From: an uncultured Planctomycetales bacterium
GTDB lineage: Bacteria > Omnitrophota > Gorgyraeia > Gygaellales > Profunditerraquicolaceae
Assembly: GCA_964487475.1 (NCBI GenBank)
Contig: CAZAPM010000005.1
Coordinates: 62,001 to 124,135 of the forward strand
DNA length: 62,135 nucleotides
Reading direction: 5' to 3'
Position numbers and translations under genes: made by a program. The number at the start of each line of letters is the position of its first letter. The first letter of the stretch is position 1. Under the pieces are notes generated by a model. The model ran no database searches. It saw nothing but the letters and a program-made list of their open reading frames with translations, and was not told the DNA's origin. Positions 8,191-19,800 of the stretch are shown here, one piece after another.

Positions 8191-10347
8191 ATGAAAATTA
8201 TGAAAAAAGAAATGTTTCTGATCGCAGTTATCTGTATGGCGGCCGTATTGTTTGCAACCACGGCGATTGCTTTTGACGCCATTACTTCAGGAGAGTTTGG
8301 CAAGGTGGACGGGGATATGGGGATAAGCGGAGGAACGACCTTCATTAATAAAGGGTTTGTTAGCTCCGCGGATTTTGGAGCGACGGCCGCAAACAGTATC
8401 AAACCGGTTTGGTACAATTCGAGGCCGATGGTCATGACTTCAACCAGCCTGTATGATGCGCACAAGGGCGGATATATCCCTACTACGGATATGGTGATGT
8501 TCACTCCTATGTCCGCAAGTTGGCAGAAGTCCACCGGGCACGAGGTTGCCACGACCCAGGTAAAGATGAGTTATAACCTGGTGGGAGAAAGTGTATTTGT
8601 CGGAGGTGGTCCGCAGATCACTCTTCCCAACGGCAATGTAATCCAGACCGGGGTATATGTCGACGGAAAGACGAATATCCCAATTAATAACATCGCCGTG
8701 CAGAGGGTGGATTACATCAATCAGGAGTTGGCAAGCGCTGCAAAGGGGCATGGCCAGCCTGTTCCCGGATGGTATGCTGCGGGGGAGAAGCCTGCTCAGG
8801 CGGTATACGGCGTTACCAGGATGGGTGCCGATATGGGGACTGCGGTGGCGTATATGTCCCAACCCGGAGAATACTTCTCCGTGAACTTCCCTTCGGGTAT
8901 GTTTATTCGGCCCGGGGATCTAATTTATGGTAATGAAAATGATTTTATCTACGGAGTGGGAGCGAAAAAAAGCTATCAGAATCACATGATACTTCCGGAC
9001 AAGAGGCAGGGCGCGTATATGGTCAGGGTGACGCGAAAAGGTGACCTTGATCCGGAATTAGGAAGGAAGGTTTCGATCACGTCCCGTGCAGCCAAAGAGG
9101 TGCTCTCACGCAGGTTTGACGGAGGGATAAGCCTGTTACAGTATGAAAAGATCAAGAATAAGAGGGATGAGGTCAATTCCGAACTCTCGAAGATCAACGC
9201 TTCGAAAAGCAGCGGTTTCTTAGGGTTCCTTAAGGGAGCTCAGGCGTTGCTCCTGGGACGAACAGGAAGTTCGAACGCCAGGAAGTCCAGGGAGCTGCAG
9301 AGAGAGCTCGCAGACCTGGATTCTATCCTGAAGGACCATTATGATCCTGATATGGCGCAGGCAAAGGTAGCCCAGATCGCCTCCCAATTCGCCCAGTCGT
9401 ATTCAAACAATAACCAGGTTTCGGCAGCGGAGAAAGCCATTGCAGAGACAGTGGTTACAGCGGCGCAGGAGGGAAAGTGGCAGCAGGTGAGTGATTCGCT
9501 GGGGGCGCTTCAGGATGCCCGGTATGAAAGGATAGAGAAGGGTTTGAGCGAAATCGAAAAGGCCCTGGATAATATCGAAGCCGGAGTAGCTGCGTCGAAG
9601 CGCAGTCAATCACCCGAGACCGCACGCATGCTTGATGAGATAATGAAGCGGGCCGAAGGCAAAGAGATCAAGCCCGTTGACCCGACTACCGCCATCATTC
9701 CGGTCGTAAAAACAGAAGAACCCGTGGCTGAAGTCAAGCCGGTTGATCTGGTCTTGAGCGCTAAGCCGCCAGCCGCGGTGAATATTCAAGAGTCGGAGTT
9801 TGACACGCTGCAGAAGGATATAATGAAGGCGATCGCGGCAGAGGATGTAGATACTGCGACCGAGCTTACGAATAAACTAGAGAACCTTCTTATGAATAAA
9901 ATGAATAAAATAGAAGGGGATATGGGCAATGTGAATAAGAAGATGAAGGATATTGCTGCTCCGGTAGCTCCTAAGCCTGCAGCTGCGTCCCTTGTGGCGA
10001 ATCCATTGGTGCCGCTGGCAGATCCCAAGGGCGTCAATTCTGGCAAGACGATCGATGGGGTGAAGATAGGAAGCACGGTCATATCGAATGAGGTGGCAAA
10101 GGAGATAGGTCTGGATAAGCTAGAAGAACAGCCAAAGATTGATTTCCAGAACGAAGTCGAGGTGAGGAAGGTTATATTGAGCGAGGTTACTCAGATTGGA
10201 CAAAATTACGCAGAGTTTAAGCCTATGGCTGATAATATAATTGTTAAGATCAATAATAATGCGCCTATGTCAGAGGTGCTCCCAATGTTTGACAAGCTTG
10301 GAGAAGCGTTTACTAAGAGCGTAGAGAGTAAATTGTTCAAGAAATAA
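8191..10347 (+). CDS. Sec-exported 718-aa protein; short paralog of the giant protein's post-C39 N-terminal domain
   Basis: SD GAGGTG at 8181, ATG at 8191. Signal peptide MKIMKKEMFLIAVICMAAVLFATTAIA|FDAITSGEFG. The next ~235 aa align closely with giant residues ~312-550, including the identical DNA stretch ttctccgtgaacttcccttcgggtatgtt. The C-terminal part is helical. Confidence 0.85.
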   Translation: MKIMKKEMFLIAVICMAAVLFATTAIAFDAITSGEFGKVDGDMGISGGTTFINKGFVSSADFGATAANSIKPVWYNSRPMVMTSTSLYDAHKGGYIPTTDMVMFTPMSASWQKSTGHEVATTQVKMSYNLVGESVFVGGGPQITLPNGNVIQTGVYVDGKTNIPINNIAVQRVDYINQELASAAKGHGQPVPGWYAAGEKPAQAVYGVTRMGADMGTAVAYMSQPGEYFSVNFPSGMFIRPGDLIYGNENDFIYGVGAKKSYQNHMILPDKRQGAYMVRVTRKGDLDPELGRKVSITSRAAKEVLSRRFDGGISLLQYEKIKNKRDEVNSELSKINASKSSGFLGFLKGAQALLLGRTGSSNARKSRELQRELADLDSILKDHYDPDMAQAKVAQIASQFAQSYSNNNQVSAAEKAIAETVVTAAQEGKWQQVSDSLGALQDARYERIEKGLSEIEKALDNIEAGVAASKRSQSPETARMLDEIMKRAEGKEIKPVDPTTAIIPVVKTEEPVAEVKPVDLVLSAKPPAAVNIQESEFDTLQKDIMKAIAAEDVDTATELTNKLENLLMNKMNKIEGDMGNVNKKMKDIAAPVAPKPAAASLVANPLVPLADPKGVNSGKTIDGVKIGSTVISNEVAKEIGLDKLEEQPKIDFQNEVEVRKVILSEVTQIGQNYAEFKPMADNIIVKINNNAPMSEVLPMFDKLGEAFTKSVESKLFKK

Positions 10348-10348
10348 T

Positions 10349-10374
10349 GTCCAATCTACATTTGTAAAGTCCAA
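10349..10374. repeat. Second GTCCAA(TCT) direct-repeat pair after a stop codon
   Basis: gtccaatctacatt at 10349 and gtccaa at 10369; compare gtccaatctgcatt at 7937. Confidence 0.6.
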
Positions 10375-10658
10375 ATTTAAGTGGGTATATCTGATTTAAG
10401 GGGAAAATTTTCTGAGCCAAGGCTGGGGTAAATAATTGATTTAGAAAGGCAATAATTCGGTAGGGCGGGATAACAATTTGACCCCTTGGTGATGATTAAA
10501 TGGAGTATATGGGCTATTTCTTTTCCGGTAAAAAGATTAATTCAAAATCTTCCTTTCAAACCATTTCCTTTGGGCCTGCTATTTTTCAGCTGGATCAAAA
10601 GCCTTTTTGTTGCAGCGGTTACATTAGAAACCGTTTTCAAAATGACAAAAATCATGTC

Positions 10659-10686
10659 TTGACACTATATTATAATATGTTATATT
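10659..10686 (+). promoter_or_regulatory. Sigma70 promoter for the giant gene
   Basis: TTGACA (10659-10664), 16-nt spacer, TGn-TATATT extended -10, directly before riboswitch 2. Confidence 0.65.
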
Positions 10687-10692
10687 ATTAAT

Positions 10693-10790
10693 GCAACGAA
10701 AGGGCAAACCTCAAGTGATTGAGGGGCGCAAAGCCACGGAACTTAGATCCAATAATCGTGATATTTTAAGTTGGCCGGGCTGCCGAATAC
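10693..10790 (+). ncRNA. Cyclic di-GMP-I (GEMM) riboswitch aptamer upstream of the giant gene
   Basis: GAAAGGGCAAACCTCAA-GTGA-TTGAGGGGCGCAAAGCCACGGAACTTA...TAAGTTGGCCGGGCTGCCGA has the GEMM-I consensus, a GNRA tetraloop and G20. Confidence 0.9.
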
Positions 10791-10818
10791 GAGTAGTATT
10801 TGACAACTCGGTTTTTTT
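10775..10818 (+). terminator. Riboswitch 2 expression platform: terminator overlapping the aptamer 3' end
   Basis: CCGGGCTGCCGAATAC-GAGTA-GTATTTGACAACTCGG followed by 7 T. Confidence 0.75.
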
Positions 10819-10874
10819 ATTGGAAGTTCTTAACGAGTTTAAGAAATTTTTAACAAATAGTTTCAAAACTCGAA

Positions 10875-13800
10875 ATGAAAAACCTTAGGGAGTTGATAGA
10901 AAACTGGGGGTTAGGGGGAAAACTTTCTATCGGCTCCTTTTTGCATATAGGAAAAAAGATAGATTCGGTAGTTGTGGAAGAGCCGATCCAGGGTCCCTTT
11001 GCCGAGGGGGTTGCACCGGCTGAGCCGCAATTCAAATCCAGCTTTAAAGCCTGGATCAGAGTTGTGGCTTTTATCGTTTTGGGGGTCTTTGTTCCGGAGC
11101 AGTTCGCGCAGGCTGCCGGATTCGATTATAGCGTTATCTGGAACCGACCCGGAGTTAATTCCTTTGCTCCGCAGTTAACGCCGACGCTTTCCCAGGCGAA
11201 CATTGCATTGGCAGTCAAGAACATCCTGCAGGACGTCGCGAACAAGCCGGTCAGCGAGATCAGCATCTCCGATTCTCTCACCCTCACTTTTGAGAAGCCT
11301 TTGAATATTACTTCCCGCCGTGTCGAAGAATTGTACAACTGGATGAAGGGAAAACCGTGCGGGACCAAGGCGCTGTATGATTTTCTGGCGCTGCGCGGCA
11401 AGAAAGTCTCCGAGGATGACATCGCGGTCCTGGCACTGTCCGTGGATATCCTCAACGATGTGGTCAAGCCCGTAGGAAACCCCAAGGTCATCAAGAACTC
11501 ACTTTTCGCCCTTTCAAAAGCAGCGGAATTCTTCGGGGATAAGGTGGCTGCTGTCAGGATCCCGCAGACCGATGAGGCGAACCTGCGTTCCCTGGTGCCT
11601 TTTATCGCGCACCTTGACGGGGACCACTACGTGCTGGTCACCAAAGTCGGCAGCGGAAGCGTCTATTTCACCGACTTGCACAAGGAAGTATTCCTCGCAA
11701 AGGAGAAATTCCTTGAGCGTTTCAGCGGTTTTGCGCTGGTCCCTGCGGAGAAAAAGGCGGAGTTCGAGACCATTGGTGATGCGGCCGCAAAAACCGTCTT
11801 GGGCGCCTTCGATGAGATCTCTTCCGGAGAATTCGGCCAGGTGGATGGCGATTTCGGAGTAACCGGAGGAACCACTTTCATCGGGCGCGGGTTCGTCAAC
11901 TCAGCCGACCTTGCCATTACTTCTGCGAGCAGCATACGTCCGATGTGGTATAATCCGCGGCCGATGATCATGACCTCAACCTCGCTGTATGACGCCCAAA
12001 AAGGCAGCTATATTCCCACTACAAATATGGTGATGATGACCCCTATGTCCTCGACTTGGCAGGAAAAAACCGGACATAAGGTTGCGGCGACCCAGGTAAA
12101 GATGAGCCACAATATGGTGGGGGAGAGCGTATTTGTTGGCAACGGACCGAAATCTGAGATTACGCTGGTCAACGGCGCCAGGATCCAGACGGGCACGTTT
12201 GATACAGGCACGGATCTCATTCCGATCAACAATATTGCGGTGCAAAATATCGCTTATATCAATCAAGAATTAAGGAATGCTGTGGCTGGCAAGGGGCAGC
12301 CGAATCCTGCCTGGTATGAGGAAGAGGGAAGGACTCCTCCTCCGGCAAGATATGGGTTCACCCTTCAGGGTGCAGATCCGGGCACGGCGGTTGCCTATAT
12401 GTCCGCACCCGGTGAATTCTTCTCCGTGAACTTCCCTTCGGGTATGTTCGTGAGGCCGGGAGATACGGTGTACGGGCAGAATGGCGATTATTTTGTCGGT
12501 GTCGGCGCTACTCCGGAATACCAGATGCGGCGTGTCGAGACTACTATCAAGGACTCCAGGGGCTATCAGTCAACCATGTCCAGGAACGGCGATTTCACGC
12601 TCAACTACGGAAAGATCACCGGATTTGTCCAGGATATGCCCGCGGCCAATAATTATGGCGGGGTAGCTAAGGTGTGGGGTGGCGGTTTTGAGACCGTGAA
12701 CCAGCAGAATATGGCTGTTTCGGTGGGGAATACCAATGTGGCTTTTGATGTGCAGGCACCTGAGATGACCGGCACTTTGGACAATCTTAAGCTCACCACG
12801 AGCGCGATGAAGGGAAGCGTTCATTTTGAGGGGATGGATGGAAAGGCGTTCAAGCTTAGCAGCAGCAAGATCGACGCGGGCACTTACAAGGTCGCGTACG
12901 ATACTGCCGGGAATACGGTCGATGCTTCGAAAATAGGGACCTTTAAGGCCGAGGATAATTCGATCCTTGGATCGGGCAAACTTGTGGGGCTCACCGCGCC
13001 GAATGGCTTGACCACGGATGCCATCAATAGAGGTATGCCGATCGGAATGGGATATGTTGCCCAGGGTGAGGCGATCTTCCCTGCATCCAAGATCGATCCT
13101 AACGCCCAAGGTACGGCATTTAATCCCGATTCCAATCCTACGGAGCTTTCTCTGGTCAAGGGCCTGGTGTTCCGTAATGCGGCGCAGATGCCGGAAGCGG
13201 GCATCAATCTGGCAACCGGCACTTTTCCGATCATGCTGGGGATGGATCAGAAGGGGGAGAAGCTCGCCATTGATATGCAGGGTACGACCGCCATGGCCTA
13301 CGCACCCGGCGCCAAGTGGAATAACGTCGGAGAGATCAGGAAAAACGGGAATGTGGTCGATACCAACATGGAGTATAAGTCGGGTGTCGGGTATACCGAC
13401 CTTCTGGTATATCAGATAGGAGATAGCAAGGCCGGCCATAAGGAACTGAACCTGTTGGGCAACACTCAGCCGAATGCGCTTTTATCATTCGGGGATAAGG
13501 GAAAGATCTCCAGCATTGCCGGGTCTTCAGTCCAGAGCGCAGGGATGCTTTCCCTGACCTATCTGAATAAGCCCTTTGTGCAGGAATTCAAGATGGCGGA
13601 CCTTTCCCGTCCGGAGGTGGTCAAATCTCTGGAAGCCATGGAAGCGCAGCTCCAGGGGCTCCAGCCGGGGAGTAAGGAAGCGGCCGTCCTCAAGGATAAG
13701 ATATATCTTTTCCACAAATTCCTGAATAACAACGTGCTCCTGGATTCCCTGGAAGGCGGAGAGCTTAAGCTTGAATTCGATAAGGTCGCCCTTTACCGCG

Positions 13801-16800
13801 AACAGGATGCCGCCAATCAGTGGGTGACTGCGCAGGGAACCTATCGTTTCGGCCAGTCCCTCCAGGACCAGGATAAGGTGGGCATCACTTCCTACGTGAA
13901 TGGCAAGCTTAACGATTTCCATAAGACCACGTTCCAGAGCACGGAAGCGGAGATGGTTCGGACGTTCAAGGTCCAGAAGGACCAGATCGGCGCAGATGGA
14001 ATGGTGACCATTGAAAAGGTCAAGGGCAAGCCGTATATGGGCAAGGATGCGGAAGGTAAGGATGCGCTCCTGGTGGATATCCGCAGCGAGTATTTCCATT
14101 ACGGGGTTAAAGATATGCCGATCATGCCCGAAGGGATCGTGTCCCAGAACTCTGCGAAGGACCCGAACCTGGTCGCCTCCGAAATTCGCCTTAAAAACGA
14201 GCATACCTATAATTTTGCCGGCCAGCAGAAGGGCGTGGCCCTGTTCAAGGACTCGGATACTCTGGTCAGCTACGGAGTTGGGGAGACAGGCGCCGCGTTC
14301 ATTTCTCCCGTGACCCAGGCTACCGGCCTTACCTGGCAGGGCGCCAGGATCGAGAACGAGAAGACCGTGGATATCAAGGATGCGGTGTTCTGGGGGATCA
14401 ACCGGGATAAGAACGGGTTGACCCTTTCCTTCCTCGGCGCGAAGGGCGGCGCGGACGCGTTTACCTTCCTTCCCGGAGGACAGATCAAGAACGGCGGGAT
14501 GCTTTCTTTGACTTTCCTTTCCAATCCTCATGTGGAGAAGCGCGGAGTGAAGGCATTCGACCTGCCGAGCATCACCGCTATCACCGGCCTGGATTCCCTG
14601 TTGCAGGCCGATATTGACGCGCTCAAGGTCATTAAAGAAGGATCGGTATTGTACGGGTTTGACCGGGTCGCGACCTATATGGAGCAGTCGAAGGTCGGCG
14701 ATAAGTGGCAGTGGGGTATGGCCAAAGGGACGTACAATTTCGGGGTTGACCTGCAGAACAAGGCGATGGTCGGGATTTACGCCGCGGTAAATGGCGGCCA
14801 GGCGGATTATTATCCGACGTCCTTCCAGAGCACCGAAGCGATGATCAAGCAGAGCTATAAGGTGGAGAACGGCAAGGTCAGGATCGGGGACCAGGATTTT
14901 GCCGTGGTCGGAGGCAAGATCGTCAAGGACGGAAAGGAATTCTCCGTAAGGGAGATCAAGGACCAGGCGACACAGAAATCGATGCAGGTGGTGGATATCA
15001 CCGCGGAGTATCCTTTCTACGGAGTACGCAATCTGCCGATCCTTCCCGAAGGCCTGCTGGCGCAGGATGCTGCGGCCACGGGAACGACCGGTGCGCCGGT
15101 CGCGACCGAGGTGCTCCTGAACCAGGAGCACGCATATGCATTCGATCAGCAGCGGAAGGGCGTGATCCATTTCGCGGGATCCGATACCCTGGTCGCTTAC
15201 GGGGTGAACGAAGGGAAATCCTTCTTCTCTCCCATGGCCCAGGCGGCGAATCTGATCTGGGATAACACGCAGATAGAGAATAACGGAGTTGTCGGTAAGA
15301 GCGAGGCGATACTTTGGGGGATCACCCAGGAAAAGGATCAGCTTACCTTAACGTATATCGGCGCCAGGGATACCACCCGCAGGTTCGCGTTCCGCGAAGG
15401 CGGGGTGGTGGAAAATGGCGGCATGCTTATCGAGTCCTTTTTTAAGGCGCCTATGGTCAAGACCGAGAAACTCAATAACGGCCGCACCTTATCCACTGCC
15501 GTGAACAAGCTGATGTCCTATCGGGTCAACAGCAACGGTGAATGGACGGTACCGGAAGGGGAGATCAAGTTCGCGGAGGACACGAACTTCAAGATCTTCC
15601 AGCAGAAGGATGCCGGGGCGTGGAATGCGAAGGTCGTCGAGGCGCAGGATACGAGGCTTTCTCTGGTTGAAGATAAAGGCAAGGTGATCGCCGGCACTGA
15701 CGGCAAACCNNNNNNNNNNNNNNNNNNNNNNNNNNNNNNNNNNNNNNNNNNNNNNNNNNNNNNNNNNNNNNNNNNNNNNNNNNNNNNNNNNNNNNNNNNN
15801 NNNNNNNNNCTGGAGAAGATGTTCCATTATAAGGTCCGGGGATTGGATTTTATCGAACCCGGTAAGGGAGAAAAAGGAGAGCCTTCTTCTAGTTCCTATG
15901 TGCTCGGGTATACGCTGAACCATAAAAAGACGGATTTTGTAAACGATGCGGGTATTCTCTCCGCCGGTGATGCGGTCATGCCGGTGTTGATGGGGCTTAA
16001 TGAAAAGGGCGGCCTGGATTACAGCGCTTTGACCTTGGCGAAGGGGCTTTCCTATGCATATACGGCGCAGGACGGGGTGTATATCGGCACCCTGCGTCTG
16101 GAAGCGGACGGGCAGAAGATTAACGTCAATGACGGGAAGGTGATCGTTCCTTCGGGTTCCTATAAGGGGAGCGAGAAGCGCGGGGATCTGGTACTCAAGG
16201 CGGATTATGTGGTCGATGAGCAGGGCGGGATGAAAGCTTCCTCCGAACTGGCCGTGACCGATGCCGAAGGAAAAGCGATACGGTTCATCTCCATCAGCCC
16301 GGACAGCAAGATCGCGATCGATTCCAAGGGACGTATCTGGGACCTGGAAACCGGCAAGATCATGGATAAAAGGAATACCCAGACCGATTCCCTGGAGGCG
16401 GCATTCAATAAATACCTCGCAGAGCGCAAGAAGATCACCGAGCAGTTCGGGTATACCGGGGAGATCAAGGATGGGGTTACTTTTGCGCAGGGACCGTATG
16501 TCTATCAGATCAGCGATAAGGACGGGAACTTAAGCATTGCCGCGGTCAAATTCAGCATGAAACAGGGCCAGACCTTCAAGCTCAAGAACGGCCTGACGGT
16601 CAAGGCGGAGAAGGACGTGGAGTTGGCGATCTCTGCCGGCGCGGACGTGGATCTGAATAAGCTTCTCGGAGAAGGGGTGCTTTCCCTGCAGGGTACGCTC
16701 CGGGTGAAAGATAATGTCGTGATCAACGGGAACATCACCCTGACCCCGCTTTCCGAATATGACCTCACCTTTGCCAACGGCAAGCAGAATATCGCGGCCG

Positions 16801-19800
16801 GGACCCGTTTCAAGGGGAATAACGGCCTCATGTACGAAGCGGCGGCAGACGGTACCTTTAAGGTGGTGGGAGGAGCGCTTTCCAGCAAGAATGCGCTCTC
16901 CCTGGAAGGCGGCGCTTCCCTTGAGCCGGTGGGCGAATATCAGGTCACCTATAACGAGAACGGCGAAGCGGTCATTGCGGCCGGCACCCGTTTCCGGGAT
17001 AAGAAGGGGAATACGTTCGTCACGGATAAGGACGGGAAATTCCAGATGCATAGCGGGGTGACCACCTCCACGAATTCCATCACCCTTGATAACGGGGTCG
17101 AGCTTGTTCCGGTTCGTAATGCCAAGACCGCGGATGGCGGATATACCCTGTTTTGGAAGGACGGCAAGCCTACTATCGAGCGGGGCACCAAGTTCAAGGG
17201 GTCGAACGGCCTGGATTATATGGTTGGGGACACCGGAGAGTTCAAGGTGGTCGGCGGCACCCTGAAGACCAAGGATGCGGTCAAGGTCTCTGACGGAAAG
17301 GTGACCCTGACCCCGGTAAGCGAATACCTGGTGACCTTCAGCGAGGACGGGGATTCCCATATCGCGGCCGGCACCCGCTTCAACGGTTCTGACGGGCTGG
17401 TGTATCAGGTCGGCGCAAAGGAAATGTTCGAGGTAGTGGGCGGATCGAAGAAGGTACAGGAACCTATTAAGGTAAGCGACGGAAAGGTAACGCTCACTCC
17501 CGAGCAGGCGTACGTGATCACCTTCGACGAGAAGGGCCAGTCCCATATCGCCGCCGGGACCCAGTTCAAGGGGTCGGACGGTTTGGTGTACCGCGTGGGC
17601 GCCAACGAGATGTTCGAGGTGGTGGGCGGATCGAAAACGGTGCGCGATGTCATCACCGTGACCGGCGGGAAGGTGACCCTTTCCCCGGAAAAAGAGTATT
17701 CGGTTTCCTTCGACGAAAAGGGCCAGTCCCATATCGCGGTAGGCACCCGTTTTAAGGGATCGGACGGTTTGATCTACCGGGTGGGCGCCAACGAGATGTT
17801 CGAGGTGGTGGGCGGATCGACCCTTTCCAACAAACCGCTTGAGCCCAACGGCGAGAAACTGACCCCGGTGGCACCTTATCGGGTAAGCTTCAACGAGAAG
17901 GGTGAGGCGACGATCGAGGCGGGCGCGCAGTTCCAGACCAAGCAGGGGACTATCCTGGAAGTGGGTGTGGATGGTTCCCTTAAGCCGGTGACCAAGGGGA
18001 TCAAATTCGAGCTGGGTATCCCCCTGAAGGATGGCGTGATCAAACCGCAGGATATCAAGATCGAGCCGGAAAAGGAGAATAAGCCTTCCGCTGCCATCCC
18101 TGTTGAGAGCGAGTTCGAGACTGCCGCCTGGAGCGCGTGGGATAACGTGGCGGCTGAAGCGCAGGCAACGGTCATGGCGAATGGGTTCACCTATGAGGTC
18201 ATGACCGATCCGTTGCTTGTCCTGGCTGCGGTAAGCGAGGATATCGCGGCGCAGGAAGCGAAAGATAAGACGCAGAAGAGGACGGACCTGAATGCGAAGA
18301 TATCGATCCTTGAGAACAGGCTTTCGGAGTTGAACCAGAAGCATTATAAGGCGCTTGAGGCTGAAGGGGATCTTCCTCATCAGGGAACATGGGCTTGGAT
18401 AAAAGGAGCGATGCCGTGGAATCAATTTGATGATTCGGCAAAGATCGAAAGGGATAAAGTGATCGCCGATCTGCGCAGCCTCTATGCCGACCGCTATGCG
18501 CTCGATCCCGGCGCCATGCTGCAGGAAAAGAAGCAGCTGGAAGGCATCAGGGAATTCGCCCTGCCCGCATCGATCTCCGCGACCTGGATCAAACAGCAGG
18601 CGATCGAGGACCTTCTGAAGAAGTCGCCTATCGGCCGGGCCATGGTCGCGAGCGAAAAAGCCACCAAGCTTGCCGCGAACATGGAGTATGCCAAGGAGAT
18701 GCAGACCGAAGGCTGGTTCCGCGAGCAGTACAGCCTGACCAGATCTGAGGCGGTTAAAGTATTGGATCAGACTAACGAGAACATTAACCGTGAGAAAGCC
18801 GAACTGGCCAAGGAATTGTCCGAGATCGGAACCGTGTCTGACCTCCAGCTCAATACCCAGTTGCAGGCGACACAGATGGCGCTGCAGAATTTTGTGTCGG
18901 GCCAGGCTGATCTTCCCTCCTACGGCATTTGGTCCAAGCCGGAGCATCTTAAATCCGATGTGCGCCGTGTAGGCAGCAGTATGCTGGATTTTGGCGGAAG
19001 CGTAGTTTCTTATGCTGCGAACGATATGGTGTGGGATACCAGTTTAATGGTGCTGCATGGTGCGGTAGGAGGAGGCGAGGATTTGATCGGTTGGGCTTTT
19101 GGTAGCGAGAGCTGGTCTAAAGAGGCGAAGGATCATTACCGGATTTCTTTGCTTTATGGGATGAATGGCTTGACCGGTGATCTGACCGATGTTTTCCATG
19201 GAGAAGGCACCGTGCAGGATACCATGGAATGGGCGTTCCGCGGATCCGAAAAGTCGGATAATCTCAGGCTTGTCGATACTGAAGGGTCGGATTGGCAGGA
19301 ATGGACTTTTGAGGTGAAAGAATCCGGAAGGACTTTTGCGGTCAAGGGTGATGCGTTCACCATGGGTATCGGCCTGAATCTGATGAAAGAGGCAGGGATC
19401 CAGGATTGGAAGGAAGGCAGCAGCGCTTCGGGCGCGTTCAAGTATACGGTTGGACAGCTGGGCATGCTGAGCAAGACCGGAGTTGAGCTTGCGGCAACCG
19501 GAAAAGCTGCCGGATTAAATATAGGTAAAGGCACTTTCGCGGTTGCCGGTGGCACGCAGGTTATCGGGGACTCGGTCAAATACGCAACGACCGGGGAGTT
19601 CCTTGGCGGCAGAGACACTACGCCGATGGCGGTTTCTTTTGCGTTGCCGGCTGCCGGCGTCAAGATCGCCAGTGAGCTGGGAACGGCTTTGAAGGCGGTC
19701 AACGTCGCGGCGACAGTAGCTCCTTCTGCGGGCAAGCTGAACGCGGTATTTGCTCCTATAGCCGTAAAAGCGGTACAGGGAGCGCAGTGGGCTGCGAATG

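Noticed and set aside
8043..10790. Riboswitches as 3',3'-cGAMP (GEMM-Ib) variants
   Set aside because: Both have G, not A, at the discriminating position 20 equivalent.
10500..10888. 63-aa and 65-aa ORFs upstream of the giant gene
   Set aside because: They overlap the promoter, riboswitch and terminator and have no convincing coding signal.
16720..17990. Tandem repeats as a CRISPR array or DGR-type repeat
   Set aside because: In-frame 186-bp coding repeats with synonymous variation, no unique spacers, and no cas or reverse transcriptase gene in the window.
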